A stretch of 64,000 bases of DNA from Flaccisagitta enflata. Its lineage: Eukaryota. The translations under genes were made by a program, and so were the position numbers. The notes beneath the pieces are model-generated. The model was given only the letters and a program-made list of their open reading frames with translations. It was not told the DNA's origin and made no database searches. The stretch is from contig OZ231126.1 of the NCBI GenBank assembly GCA_965153355.1, forward strand, positions 36,022,001-36,086,000. The letters are read 5' to 3'. Positions 24,349 to 39,723 of this stretch are shown here, one piece after another. The first letter of the stretch is position 1. Each line of letters starts with the position of its first letter.

Positions 24349-25498
24349 GTCCCACAATTAGACGGAAAAAACGCATAAAACGCAAAGAAAAAAAGCCTGG
24401 AAAACATACTTCTAGCTGGCCCAGTGAAATGAAATCTGAAGTGTCCCGCGCCCGAAGCCTTTGGACCACTTCAGTAAAAATTTAATCAGACTGGGCCGAC
24501 CACAAGTATGGTTTTCATATCTTTTGCACTTCAGTGCTTTTCCGCCTGAATGTGAGACATGTCTTATAATTATTTGGTGCAAGCCAAATAGCGTTATGAA
24601 AACTTCTAAGAGGCATCTTTTTTTTAGCACGTTTGGAATCGTTCATAGATTCTAAACTAAGATATCAAACAATTTTCCACCTTGAATTCCCTGTCTATGA
24701 TGCGGTTTGAAGCACCATGCCATCCTTCGCCATTCTATGTTTTCGAGAAATCCACCAAGTTTGCGCAAGCGCAAATCCCGCTGTGTGTCTTTGAGTCGTA
24801 TTTCCCAAGAAAGTTTGCCAAAGGCATTTTCTTCATGTATGCGCTTCCTTTTCTGAAATGATGATAACAATCTAGCCTTAATTTATCTGATGACAAGGTG
24901 CGGTGTATCCTCGATTTATTACTAACACATGTCCAACATTTAGGGGGAAAAATACTCATGCATAGTTAGTATGAAAACCACACTTCTATTTGGCCGAGTG
25001 TGATGAAATTTTAACTGGGGGGCCCCAATACTTTCTTGTCACTACAGTAGAAATTTCATTCTACTACTACGCGAATAAAAAAAAGCCGCACCCTCTTGTA
25101 GGTGAGTGGAAGAGAAGACTTTTTTGTTCAACTGATTTTGAAGATTTTCATATTTCCTTTCATTCTAGACTCTATCTCAAACCTTTTAGAAGTTAGAGCT
25201 TGTCAAAGTGAACCTCTATTTTGGAAAAATGCTCATTTTTCAATAGGATTGCACAACTGAAAAGGACAGTGTTTTTATTTTTTTCATGCTATTTCTAAAC
25301 GAATAAAGCTAGAAATACCAAATTAAAGCCAAATGAAAGTTCTCTTTTGTCTAAGCCTTTACTTAATCATTTTGAAATTTAGTATGATAAATTGTCATTT
25401 AAAAGTGCGGCTTTTTTATTGATTCCCGTAGTAGACTGAGTAGAAGTATGCTTTTCATGTTCTGTATGCTTTAGCATTTTTCCGCCTAATTGTTGGAC
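24349..25498. mobile_element. Decayed TIR element hosting a TA-MITE
   Basis: GTCCCACAATTAGACGGAAAAA...CATACTTCTA is mirrored by TAGAAGTATG...TTTTTCCGCCTAATTGTTGGAC. No TSD is readable. Confidence 0.5.
25067..25431 (+). mobile_element. TA-flanked MITE (second copy)
   Basis: CTACGCGAATAAAAAAAAGCCGCAC ... GTGCGGCTTTTTTATTGATTCCCGTAG, with TA flanks. Colinear with 20520-20933. Confidence 0.78.
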
Positions 25499-28400
25499 AT
25501 AAGGTTGAAAATTATTTTATGTCTATTCCAATTTTAATTATGAGCAAAAACTGTCATTCCAGCAATTTTAATTTCCGTATTTCATACACAACAGAAGGCG
25601 TTTTTTTTCTTTAGTCGTTTTTCCTTTTTTTTTTTTTTTTTTTTTTTGCGCTTACTGCCACAAGGTCATTTTGGCATGGGCACGGGATTGGACACATCGT
25701 CATGGATGGACCGACCGAAGGAGACAGTAACTTCGGGAACAGATTATGCGTATGGTTGGACATATACATAAAACAATGGACAAAAACCTCGTATCTCTCA
25801 AGTCATCGACCCTGGCCTGAAAAAAAAACAAACGATGTGGGAGAAAAAAGATGCCGTGGTCACGAGTGTTGGTCTCGTTGGTCTCGCCTTGGGTCAAACA
25901 TTTCGTGTCCGTGGTCATCGCACGTCCAAACTCAATCATTCATAAAGTTCTGTCGACTCGGTAGACCGGAAATATTTGGGCGCGCTGTTGTCGTTGCGGC
26001 TCCTCCAGACTGGAGACCCGCTTCTCTTCTTTCTCTCTCTGATCGCCACACCCAAATCTCGCTCTCCAATTTGCATATAGAAACTGGCTGACCTTCCGAC
26101 AAATGTTGTCGCCTCTGTAAAGGCCAATGGACTAGTCGAGGGGGTACTTGATTTCCTGTTGGAAACAGGGGGAAGCAAAGTTGAGGAGTGGCCCTATTTA
26201 TTAGGGGGCGGAGAGAGAGAAAAGTTGGGCGCAGTTAATGTGGCGCAAAGGGAGGAACGTTGGGTTGGGTCTCGGGTCTGAGACGCAGACTGGATTTAAT
26301 TAAGAATAGGGTGCCAACGCGTGAGCCTCCCGCCGCGGGACAAATACCACACCGGGATCAGATTGTGAGATTCCCTTCATCAACGCTGGGGCCTTAGGAT
26401 GTCAGACATGATTTGACTAGTAATTTCTCATGAAGTAACTTGCCCTTGATTACAATACCGCAATTTTCCTAAAAGTGTATTAGCTCCTTTAAAGGTACAA
26501 ATCGTCATGTCGGTATGAATCTGATCATTTAGCTCTAGTACAGAAATTAACATCATGTACACAAAAAAGAATTCACCGCTTTAGTAAGTTCCAAATTGTC
26601 CTACAGCTATGAGTCGTAATTAAGCGTCGTGTTTACCGTCAGTGCGATGATGAAGACTGAAAACAAGGACGCGACGAAGGAGGCGAGATCAGATTGAAGC
26701 CGCCCCAACATCACTTGGAAATAAACATTGGGTAATAAACTCCACCTCCCAACCCCTGGTCTCAACAAACATGACACGTACACAACCTGTAGATTCATGT
26801 TGCCTCAAAAACAAGCTAATGCTCGACCATGAACTCTATAATCTTTTGCACCCAATGACTGCGCTGGCATGTAAACATGCTTAAATCGGCATCTTCATCT
26901 TAACTACCTTATGACATTAAAGTCAGTTTTGTCCCCGCCCATTTGCCGCGGGAAAGCTCACCAACTTTTGCCGATCAAGGCCTTAATCCTTCATCTTGTT
27001 CTAAGAATTTATCCATCGACCGACCTCCATTACTTTTCTCTTCAGAGCACATCCAGCCCCGTTTCCTTTTCCCCTCTGACGCCCATGGACGTCGAAATCA
27101 CACCAATAATGTTTTTTTTTCTCCCCGGTCGTGTCATAAAGTGGGATAAACGTTGAGCTGCGATGAGATGTATCGCGTTTATGGTAATTTTGATGAGACA
27201 CTCATTCAAATGTACAATTGTACAATATATCGCGTCAGTGGCTTTCGATAAATAATTGAAAAATATTTCTAATCTACTCTCCATTCTGTGATAAACAGGA
27301 TAGATGAAGGGCTCCATATCTACAATTCTTGTTGATGGGCTGTCATGATTTACATTTATATGTTATTCATTTATTTGTCCGTATCTGCGCTACTCCACAA
27401 TTTTTTCAAGGTGAAGACTATTGTATCTACGTTAAGTCGCTTGCGTCGGAAGACTAAAATGGCAAAACAACTAGAGAAATAAAATTGCCAAGGTAAGATT
27501 AGAATTTAAATAGAGAATAATTATGGTCGGTAGATCCCCTACCATGGTCGTCTCAGTCTATCAGCCAAAGGGATAAATGGTAGCTATCAGACCCTTTCAA
27601 AGGTTGTCACCATAGTATGACCGGTAAGCCACTTAAAAAGAGGCAAATTGAAATTCAAACAAGCTTTCCTTACAGGATTCGTGAAACAAGCCAGCAAGTA
27701 GAGGGAAAAATTGTATCCATAAGAATTATCACAAAGATTGTCTCAATATAAGGACTTATGAAACAAGAATGCAAAAAAGGGGCATAGTTTAGACTTCAGA
27801 TTCCATACAAAGGTTGCCATAGGATAAGGATTATTGAAATAAGCTACCAACCAGAAGGACAAATAACACCCATCAGATTCCTCCCAAATGTTGTCTCGCG
27901 GTCTCAGCAAAAAACAGCCACCATCATACTGAGGCTGAAAAGGCTGAAAAGCGATGGAAATATGTTGTTCGGCCATTTCCACGTCTCATTAAATTCACGA
28001 CGAGGTGGAGCCGTAATTCATCACAAAACAAGAACAATCGAGTTGAAGAGAAAAAAAATACCACGAAAAGAACAGTCTAAATGGCTTCCCATGTTGTTGT
28101 TTTTTTTTTACTGAACTGAAGGGAATGTCTGCGTGTTTGTTTGTTTTTTTTTCGTCTTGTTCCCTTTGTTTCTTTCATTCTATACATTTAGAAACATATG
28201 TAAGATAACGTTGCCACGAGTTGCCCAACAGATCTGTCTACCGCGTCTCCGAGTGTTGTCCCAGAATGGTGCAGGAGTGGCAAAAAGCTTTGTTAGGTCC
28301 ACCAGTCCTTGAAGATGTTCGGACATTCAACTTGCTTACATACATGATTGACCCATCTACAATTTCACAAAATGCGACGATAGTTTCTTTCTTTCACAGA

Positions 28401-28921
28401 GTGGCTGAGGTCTTCTATCTTTGTCTGTCTATGAAGGAGGATGTCTGTCAGTCTCTGTCTGTCTTGCTTGTGCCTACTGTCTACCTCTCTATCTAAAGGG
28501 TAGCCGGTGCTATCGGCACCGTCCAGCGGTCGCCTAGCGATGGCTCCTTCAACGACCACAAAAATTCCGGCTTCAACATGAAGAAGAGTCGAATCAATCA
28601 CTCTCCCGAAGATATTTTCTGCTAATTTATTGCTCAGCTTAAATTCTTGTACTTTTTCTTCTTATTTGCCTTCCGTCTTCCGTCGCGGTGGTCTTCTGTC
28701 TAGATGCTTCATTCACTTTCTGTCAAGCTTCGATGGTTCTTTCTCGTTTTTTGACTTTGATTTTCTTTTCCCATCCATGGCCTCTTTTCTTTCAATCAGT
28801 CTATCATCTCGGCCTGTCTGTCTGTCTATCTGTTTCTTTCTGCCAGTCTCCCTGACTGCGTATCTGTCTGCCTTATTCTGCCTATCTGTCTGCCAATCAT
28901 TTACCCTCTCTGCGAATCATT

Positions 28922-29012
<91 letters not shown>

Positions 29013-29307
29013 CCCCGCCCCAACCAGCGGGTGCCTTGCCATATACGTCGATGCGAAATCGAAGATATTTTTCTCATCTTCATGCATTTCGTATAATGCA
29101 AAGGTCACAAACACACAAAGAATGAAGATCGTAAAGAATTTCTTTTTTTCATCCAGTTTCTGATGACGACCGCAATTAGGACGAAAAAAATATTTCTTTC
29201 AAATTCGACGTGATGAAGAAGTGCTCTGACAAGCATCAACAATTTTTTATGCTAGCAAAAAATCTGATTCGAGTACAGTCAATGGACAAGACACGATGGA
29301 TGTATAT

Positions 29308-30388
29308 TAGCCTGTACCTAAATGACAAAAAGCAATGAGATTAACATTTTACGAGCACATCATGTTGTGGGACTGTCTCAGGCTTCTGTTGAAATCAATA
29401 TTGGCTTTGAAATTCTACTTTTAGGTATCCGCGGCTTACCTTCTATTTTCCTTACCCCTATAGGAAATCCAAAATTTCAAAATACTCAAATTCTAATTCT
29501 GACTGCAAATTTGGAATCTGCAGAAAAGACTGACATCTGAAAGTGTCTTCCTTTTTTTGATATTCCAATAAGAAGTTGGTCAAAAGTGCTGTCAAATATC
29601 GCGAAATATACCTTTCCTTTTAATTTCTTTTAAAAATTGTTGACCTTACCTTTTTTTAGAATCTTTAGCGTGGATTTTTATACTGATCCCGCAGGAATAT
29701 TGAAAAAAAAGCACTTTCAAAAGACAGTTTTTCATGCAGATTCCAAATCTGCTGTCAAAAGTTTGATTTAAATGATTTGAAATTTTTTGGTTTTCTATTG
29801 ACCTATAGTAGGAACATTTGCACGGCCGATTGTGGAGTGATCAGGTGGGAAAAAAAGTTGACTGTTTTTTTAAACGAGCGAACAGACTATGAAAATATGT
29901 TTAAAAAATAATTTTTATATAATTTTACTTGTCTTGTATTATGTAGAAAGGGCCCATAGAGTCAGAATGTCCTTTTCTAGCGATTAAGAATAAGTGAGGT
30001 TTATAGAAAGAGACATACTGTGAAAAAAGATACCTTCACGCTTGTAAAAAGCCCTGTACGCCACTGTACTCAACAGGACACATTGTCTAGACCTTATTGA
30101 TTCTAAATCTGGTTTCATTTTATTTCTAATTTCATCCAAGGCAACGCGATCATAATGAATATGTAGCATATCTTAAGAAAATCCAACACCTATGAGTTGC
30201 ATGCGAGTCTTACATTTAGAATGACTTACAACAACTTAGAATGACTTTGCATACTCTTATATGACCTAAATGACTTAAAGAAATGAAATTGTTAACAACG
30301 GGACCGACAGAGTTGGACAGACCAATGGACGGATGGACGGACAAAGCGGGTTGTAGAGTTGCCTGCATGCGACTAAATAGTGCTAACC

Positions 30389-30467
<79 letters not shown>

Positions 30468-30799
30468 ATTAACAAAAACAACCAGACAGCATGAGATACA
30501 CACAGAAAGAATTGCTTTGAGAACAAGTAGGCCAATAAGGTGTGACGTGTGGATCGTCCAACAAATGCGTTACCCAACAGACCAACCAACCAACCAAGCC
30601 TGATATAGAGGTGCTTTGTCGCACCTATAAAAAGACTCCTATTTACGACTTATTTCCATTTAGGCTTAAGCTTTAGGCCCTTCGGTAAGGGGGGCCCCGC
30701 GGTACAGCCCCTACCCCTTGAAAAAACAGAGCAAAGGAAATATGAAGAGGACAAAAAGTGGAAGGGGAAAAAGAAAAAAGAAAGAAAAAAAAAGAAAGC

Positions 30800-30859
<60 letters not shown>

Positions 30860-32112
30860 CAGAAAAAAAAAGAAAAAAAAGAAAAGAAAGAAAAACAGTT
30901 TAAAAAATGAAAGAAAAGAAGAAAAGGAAGAGAACCAGAGAAAGAACAAGGCAATCTAGTCGTGGATGGTTGGGCAGGAGCAGTAATGCAAAAACTGCTC
31001 GGAATTCAAAAAAATTTGTAACCTACCGACCGACACAGCAAGGTTTAGAGTCCCGTGTCCACGACTAAAAACGATAAAGCGTAATGTTTCAAAACATTTT
31101 TTTTCTTTTTCCCTGCTAGCAGGGAGAGCAACGGGGGGGGGGGGGGGTAGCTTGATCAGGCTTAGGGTGGGTGATGTGACAAATGGGTGCTTCACATAGC
31201 GAAAGTTGTCTAGTTCTTTTTACCCTCTTTACCTAATATACAGTTATTAATTTTAGGATTTTTACCATTTTTTTTTATTAAAGATTGTTTATCTTCCATT
31301 TTTAGTAAAATTTTGTTGATGATCAAATTTGCAAAATACAGTGGTAAGAATAAATATATTGAAATTTTTTGATAGATTGATATTTATTTTTTTTTTTAAA
31401 AATTTCTAATCTGCTTTATAAATTTTCTTTATAAAATCTGCTAATTGAAATTTTTATTCAACAATTTATATTTTAATATTTTAATTTATTTTTACAAACA
31501 TGATTTTTAAAAATGAATGATTATCTTCTTTAGTATCTTTTTTATATATGATTTTACTGATTTTTTCATTTTTGTTGAAATTTAAAAGCTAAAACAAAAA
31601 CAGAATATGAAGAAGTTTGGAAAAAAATAAAAAAAAATCATTTTTTTTATTTTTGTTTTTTTACATAATTTAAATAAAGGGATACTCCTTACTTTTGCTA
31701 CGTGAAGCACCCAAATGTGACAAGGTAATTTTGGACGGAAACCCTGCATGTTTCAAGTCAAATTTTCATCGCTGAACGGATTTTAATTGGCAGAAAGTTA
31801 CATTCAAACAAGTGACAGACTGGCGAGAATGGTGCCAAAGGCAATATAGCGCTAAAAATGTCAGAAAAGTAGTTTAAATATGCATTATGGGGTATCAATC
31901 GAAAGCCCTTGATATTCTGCATCGATTGATACCAATAAATGGGGTTATGGAGAAAAAGAATTTTCTCGTCATACTTTCCTACCTATAGAAAGTTCAAGGT
32001 AAGGCGCGGCAAAGAAGATGTAAATTTTTAAAGCTGAAAATGGTGACAATAGAAGCCCAAGACAGCTCCACAAGATGAACTGCTCGTAGAATTTGGATTT
32101 CAGTACAGGCTA
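29308..32112. mobile_element. Non-autonomous DNA transposon with ~150-bp imperfect TIRs and 8-bp TSD, containing nested elements
   Basis: Termini TAGCCTGTAC / GTACAGGCTA. TSD ATGTATAT (29300-29307) vs GTGTATAT (32113-32120). Mirror similarity extends to CTTACCTT...CTATAGG. Confidence 0.72.
31175..31722. mobile_element. AT-rich MITE with TGT...ACA 31-bp TIRs
   Basis: TGTGACAAATGGGTGCTTCACATAGCGAAAG vs reverse complement TGTCACATTTGGGTGCTTCACGTAGCAAAAG. No clear TSD. Confidence 0.65.
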
Positions 32113-32446
32113 GTGTATATATCATACCTTTAGCTTTGATCCAACTTCTTGAAAATGAATGAAATATTGTAAGCAATAACTAGTGGTTGAGATTACACCC
32201 GGCTGCAAACTTACGAATCGAAATGTTACAGCCAGCTGTAATTCTAACAACCTGTCGTTGCTTTCATTATTTTGTATATTACAGCCGTCTGAAACATTTC
32301 AATTTATTACATTACAGGCGGCTGTATTTTCAACCACCAGTTATTCCATACAACATTTTGTTCATTTTAAAGAAATTAGATCAAAGCTAACGGTGTGATA
32401 TATACACCTATTGTGTTTTGTCCATTGACTGAGTATGTCAGCGTTT

Positions 32447-32731
<285 letters not shown>

Positions 32732-33055
32732 ATTGTTTCTGTAATTGTACCGGCACACAAAGTACATAGTATGTGGTTTGGATTTAAATGGCGAGTGCTC
32801 CCACAAGTGAGAATATGAATGTGAACACTTGGGTCTCTTTCTTCTCTTTCTCACTACTTGGTAAGCATCGTCACCACGCGCTCACATCCTCTTTTATGGC
32901 CTCAATAACATTTTATGTTCTTTTGTTTGATTAGATTTTCATATTCCTTCTTCACTCATCATTTGACCCACGCATATTTCTGTCTGAAGCGCGCGTGGGA
33001 TTCAAATTCCTACAACGATTTCTTTTTTAGTTTTTCCATACTTCTAGATGATGAA

Positions 33056-33100
33056 TTGATGGTGATGGTGATTATGATGATGATGATGATGATGATGATA

Positions 33101-33166
<66 letters not shown>
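33056..33166. repeat. (GAT)n microsatellite
   Basis: Read directly. Also (GAC)n at 33808-33850. Confidence 0.95.
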
Positions 33167-33168
<2 letters not shown>

Positions 33169-33978
33169 AATTAATTATAATGCCTTTTGGAATCCATCCG
33201 AAAGCTGTTTATACATAAACATGGGTGATTCGTTACATTTGTCTATGCATACACATCAATCCAAAAACAAGCTTACTTTTTCGCCGTCACTTGTAAGCAA
33301 TCAACGCTGCAGAAAACAGGATGCGCCCATCTTGTAGTTCACGTATTGCCAAATAATTAGCTTTTTATTTAGATATTACTGATAGAAATAATAGCCATGA
33401 TATTACTGACTCGGGGAGTCTTTAATCTTTTTTGCGTAGATTGCTTATGATGATGAGGACAGAAATACTTAGCCGCCGGCGGTAACTGTTGCCACTTAAT
33501 TGTTTTTTGTAGGTGAGGAGGAATAGAAAAGGTCGTGGCAAATTAAGATTGTGGCAGTCAATTTGAGCATCAAGGCTGATATTTGGGCTTAAAGGCATGA
33601 CTCAAGGCTTCTTGGCTAATTCCTAAAGTCTTCCTAGGCTGGGCTTTGGGCCTCAAGGCTGTGATTCGATGCTTATGGCTGGGCTTTGGGCCTAAAGGAG
33701 GGACTTAGGCCTTGAGACAAGGATTTCTGCCTTCATAATAGGACGATGTTAACGTCCTCAAGAACGAAGCCGACGTCGACAACGTCTGAAGCACGTAGGT
33801 TGGAGAAGACGACGATGACGACGATGACGACGACGACGACGACGATGACGAAGGCTTGGATTGCCTCCCATATCGTTTATTATCGCCCCCATTCATCGAC
33901 GGAACGAGGGACTCGCAACCGCAAATTATGACTTCATTCACCGTCGCAAAAGCCTGAGAACGCAAATGAAATTAGCCG

Positions 33979-34225
<247 letters not shown>

Positions 34226-34575
34226 CGACGCCGCCATTTGCTTCGCAGCCGAATCTCCTTGCCGCTTCCGCCACCTCCTCCCCAAGATCAACGTTTACCT
34301 CATGTCATGGCATGTTTGTACCACATGTTTGCGTCTCCGTTGATATCTACTTGCCAAAAAAATGATAACAAAATCGATATTCCCGTGATCACAGCATGTC
34401 CAATGTCTATTAGTCAACTGTCCGCCACAACCTTTCTTTCTATCTCTAATTATCATCTCTATTATTATCTCTGGTTATTCTGAATGTCATAGGAGATTAA
34501 AAACTAGGATAGGATGTCATAGGATGTAATACTATTGCAACTGACTTTTTTTTAAACATTTGTGCTAATTCTTCC

Positions 34576-35005
34576 TTTTTGGGCAGCGGCCCCAAAGGGG
34601 TCGATAACCTATGCTTTCACAGATATGGAGAATTTTCTCCTTCTACGTACCCCCCATCTGACTCAGATCCTAGCCTCAACGTCCAAATCTCAGCCATGAG
34701 GCCCTAATCCCAGCCGTGAGGCCCAAATCTCCACCTTAAGACTCAAATTCCACCCTTGAAGCCCCAAGACCAGGACTTGGGTCTCAAGGCTCATATTTGG
34801 GCCTCAAGGTTGTGATTTGGGTCTTGCGGCTAGAATCTGAGTCAGAGGGGGCAGACGGAGGAGAAGGAGAAAATTCCACATATGCGGCAAAGCATAGATC
34901 AATAACTCCTTTAGGGCCGCTGGCCTGCACCTTCCTCAACTTCAAACACAACCTACTTAGACAGGGCACGGGTTCCGCTGACCATTTAACGGTTTTACGA
35001 CTATT
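34576..35005 (+). mobile_element. Family C HINE-like element with long subterminal inverted arms
   Basis: TTTTTGGGCAGCGGCCCCAAAGGGG...GAATTTTCTCCTTCT is inverted at ~34862-34925. Central ~19-bp GAGGCCCAAATCCCAGCC-type repeats and an asymmetric 3' tail. Related copies at 1306, 1625 and 60601. Confidence 0.65.
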
Positions 35006-35809
35006 ATCTTTTTTTTCCCTCAACGTTTACATTTTTATTGAAGCAAGCGACAGTGTCCTTATGGAATTGATTATCTTCTCCCACCTTCCGTTGAGGTCAT
35101 GTTCTGGCACTTGCTCGAGGTTGTTAAGAAGTGTAACTAATGAAAAACAATAATGGAGAAGACAATTGTCGACCACGTTAATTACAGTGGAAAGAGATGG
35201 AAAGAGGCTAGGTCTCCAGAGGGTCGGGACCAGGGTTGCACAAGTTTTAGTTAAATTTCGCGAAAGCTATGATGGAGGCGATGGCGAAAAAAAAATAGTA
35301 AGAAAATCGAGGTTTCGGGGCAAATATGGGATATTCGGGCTAATTGAATGGGAATCGTTGACGACGAATATGGCGGAAATTTGTGGAATGAAGGGAAGAT
35401 TTTGCGGTGAATTTGTAGAATTGCGGCCAATTCGCGTACAGATAAAGCACATTTGTCGGCCAATTAGCAGGTTTGAAGACAGATTGGGCGGCTAACTTGA
35501 GGTATTTAGGACAGATTTGGCGGTGAATTTGGCGAGTTCAGGACAGATTTTGCGGCGAATCTTCGATCAGTGAAAGTGGCAAAGTGAACGGTGGGGGAAT
35601 GAATAGGGTGTAAGCCGATTCACGGTCTCGTGACCTCCATAAATATTCGATGCACTTTTGTCATCGGGACAAAAGAAGCGAAGTTCCGTAAGAGGGCGAC
35701 AAAAAGAATGAAAGAGAAAGTAATCCAGCCCAGGCCAGGGGCTGTATACGGTTTGCGGTGCCCTTCACCATAGTACGCAGAATTACGAAGATACTGGACC
35801 TTTGAATTG

Positions 35810-35908
35810 GAGGATGTTCACGACTGTTGCTTGAGCATTGCTTAGCAACACTTGAGCATTGCTTAAGACTTGCTAAGTAATGCGCAAGTACTGATCGTGA
35901 ACATCCTC
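35810..35908. mobile_element. Tiny MITE
   Basis: 14-bp TIR GAGGATGTTCACGA and internal GCTTAGCA/GCATTGCT repeats. A related copy is at 40408-40476. Confidence 0.6.
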
Positions 35909-36374
35909 AGTGGTCGTTGATTTATAGACTGAGTGATATAATAGCGTATTTCTGAAAAGGTTTTGGTCAAAAAGCAACTCGGGAGCCGCTGCCCTGGAAG
36001 GCGAGACTCTGTAAGAGGGGGTGCTCCAGCAGTGATCGCGTGTAACCGAGGAATACCGAAAAAAAGAGTTGAAAGCGGACCCTTTTCCTCTATCGCCCGC
36101 GCGTGTGCGTGAGTGCCCTCAATGCTCGCGTCAGCATTATTCACGATTTTATACATTAACTTTCATTCTTCATTCTTAATTTCCTCGCTAAAGTGCCAAC
36201 ATAAATCTTTTCTAAACACGCGTGCGCGGGAATTTTACTCCTCTGTGGAAAGACATATGTCAGAGGATCGTTCTAGTCGACTTTTCTTTTTATTTCACTT
36301 TTTTTTTACTTTCTGTTCATTCATTTTTTTTTCTCGTGCTTTCGTTCTTTTTTTCTTGCTTCCTTTTCTTCTTT

Positions 36375-36677
<303 letters not shown>

Positions 36678-36949
36678 ATCTGTTTCCATTTTTTGGTGGT
36701 CTATGTTTATGCCTTTTGCTTTCCCTGATGCTTATCTTTGCTCTCTCACTCTCTCTGTACATTTAGCATCTGACGGAATACGAATTCTTGATGCTGCAAA
36801 TCTCACCTAACCATATGTCAAGCCTTTGATTGAGACGATGTTAGTGGAGAAGGCACAACCGAGAATTAGTGTGTGCGTGGGCGTTTATTACTGTATTCGT
36901 GTTTTCGCGCGCGTGCGTGTAACGGTGTTTTTGTGTTTGTGTTTGTGTT

Positions 36950-37084
<135 letters not shown>

Positions 37085-37103
37085 GTGTGCGTGTGTGTGC
37101 GTG

Positions 37104-37229
<126 letters not shown>

Positions 37230-37310
37230 GATAGGGCGCACTTTTACGAAATGATAGAATTTACATATTTTAGGCTACCGGTGATTTTTTATAACGGTGG
37301 CTTAGAAAAT

Positions 37311-37410
<100 letters not shown>

Positions 37411-39572
37411 TTTTTTTTTGCAATGTTCCTTGTTTTGCCCATAAATCGCCGAAAAAAACTTTGTTAAGGCTAAATTATGAACAGTAAACAGAACTCGATC
37501 AAAACAAATATTGCGACGAAGGTCGATATGAGAAGAGAAAAAGGAAAAACGCCTCAATGTTGTTTTCCCCCTTAAGACGTAAGCCTGTCGAAAAACAGGC
37601 TGGTGAATGCGCCGATGACTAGGCCGTTGACTAGGCCGGAGAACAGGCAGGTGAATAGATTTTTGACTAGGCCCGTGACCTTTTAGTTATTCGACGGAGT
37701 GCGGTACTGAAAACCATCATCAACACAATAGTGGACGAAAAACGTCGCCAATACGTGCTCAAGAAGGCGTCTTTTTGCATTAAAAAAGAAAGAAAAACGA
37801 ACATTATTCCAGATAATCATCGACGGGATGACCCACTTTTAGAGGTGATTTGCCCTCTAAAAAGGTGTTTTCCGATCCTTTTGTAAATGAAGCTCAAGCA
37901 AGTGATGGCCATAACATGTCATGTCTTTGTTACCCTGTTTAACATGTTAATTTTCAAAATACAATATTACAACAGGGCACTCAATGTTCTTTCTCAACAA
38001 CTGTTACAGCCTTCCGTGGGGCTCCCCCTTCTCTTTTTTCATCTTTTCGCGTTCGGCGAGGGTAAAATTGAACTCGCGAACTTTTTCGTTGAGTTTTTCT
38101 TTTGAGTTCCCCGAAGCTCACAACAAAACTGGAAACCTTTGGGTCGTTGAAAAATCTCTCCGTTGACATTTCGAGGCCGCGGCTGTGGGAGAGTGTGGAG
38201 AAGGTGAGTGTGGTTTTCTTTCTTTTTTTCCCCTCTCTTATTCGTCGAATGCCCTTTTGGAAGAAAAAGTTTATGACGTGGGAGGCAATGGGCCGACTTT
38301 TCACTTTAACTTTTACGTCTTTGTTCTTTCAATTTTTTAAAACTTTTTTTTTGAGTTTTCGTTTCAAGAGCTCGGTTTGCCATCATCTCTATGTTATCGT
38401 TTGCTTTCTCAACTGTCAAAGCCAAAGCACGGAATTTTCGATTCTGAACTAATGTTATTGCCGTTCATGTTCATCATTGAGTCTATATCATCACTTGCTT
38501 TCTCAACAATTTCAATCCTTAACTGTTTTATTGTAACGGCCAAATATCATCATCTCTGTGTTATTGTTTACTTTCAATATTTTTTGTTCTCTACTATATT
38601 TCCTGTCGTTTGCCATTGTTTCTATTGTCATCATTCGTTTTCTATATTGTTTAAAGCAAAGTACAGAATTTTCAAGTGCAAAGGTACAGACTTTTGTCAC
38701 TGCCGTTTCTCGTCATCTGTGTCCTGTCCTGTTATTGTTTGCTTTCTCAACTATCAAAGACAATTTATGCGAGCTTTCTATTCCGGCGCTTCTGACGCCG
38801 AGGTTTTGCGCATTCTAATGACGATTATGTCTGGCTCAAGATGAAACTGAAATTTCTTTTCATTTGTACACGATTCTGTCCAGTCGCCTCATCAGCTCGC
38901 TTCTTGGGCTCGTTGATCTGGTCACTGGTGGCGTGGTGATCGGTCGGTGGTTGACTCCGTATTTGTAAGCGACTTAAACCTCAGCCCTCGTTGCACCTTC
39001 GTAACCAAACGCGACTGATCTTTCATGTATTCTGCCTTGTTTCCATTACCCGTATACAAAGCTTCTCTCGTCGCATAACAATAGAATATCCAATCTCACG
39101 TTGTTGCCCTTCCATCCACCTCCATCGTTCGTGATCCCGTCATCTCTGAATTGATTGTGGCACACCTGAGTTTCAGGTAGAGTTTCTGACAACCGTTGCC
39201 GCACTATGAGCTGAGATGGAAATGTTTCACTTTCCAGTTGTCCTTTACATAAATCTACTTCCAACCATTGTTCGGAAGCATAACAATCGTTTGCTCATTA
39301 TTTTCCTTTGGTGGATTAATTGTTTTGTGGAACAATGGTTTTGTTCATTCTCTATAACTTTATAAAGCAAACCGCAAAGTGGTGACTGCATTTTAACAAT
39401 CTACAATTCAAATACAAGTAGCTAGCTATCTCACCCTCCAAATTGAAAGCGGTCAACTGGTTCCACATCCTTTTATACCACATAGATTTTTTCATGTATC
39501 TAGCATGATGGTGATGATGGAAATTTCCTCTCTTTCATCCATTGCAGAATTCCGTTCTGAAGGCGTTACGTA

Positions 39573-39723
39573 CAGTTGAACCAATAATTATTTTCTCCCA
39601 TAGGCGGACTTCTGTTATTGCTAACAAAAAAATAAAAAGAATTACCATGAAGGGATTATGAATTTGCATCTGTTATAGGCGGAATGCTGTTGGTGGCGGG
39701 TCCGTTAGAGCGGGGTTCAACTG
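39573..39723. mobile_element. pogo/Tigger-like MITE
   Basis: TA-CAGTTGAACC ... GGTTCAACTG-TA. Confidence 0.7.

Noticed and set aside
24412..24959. Tc1/mariner transposase remnant inside the 24349-25498 element
   Set aside because: No DDE/D or SPDLNPIE-type motif could be read with confidence.
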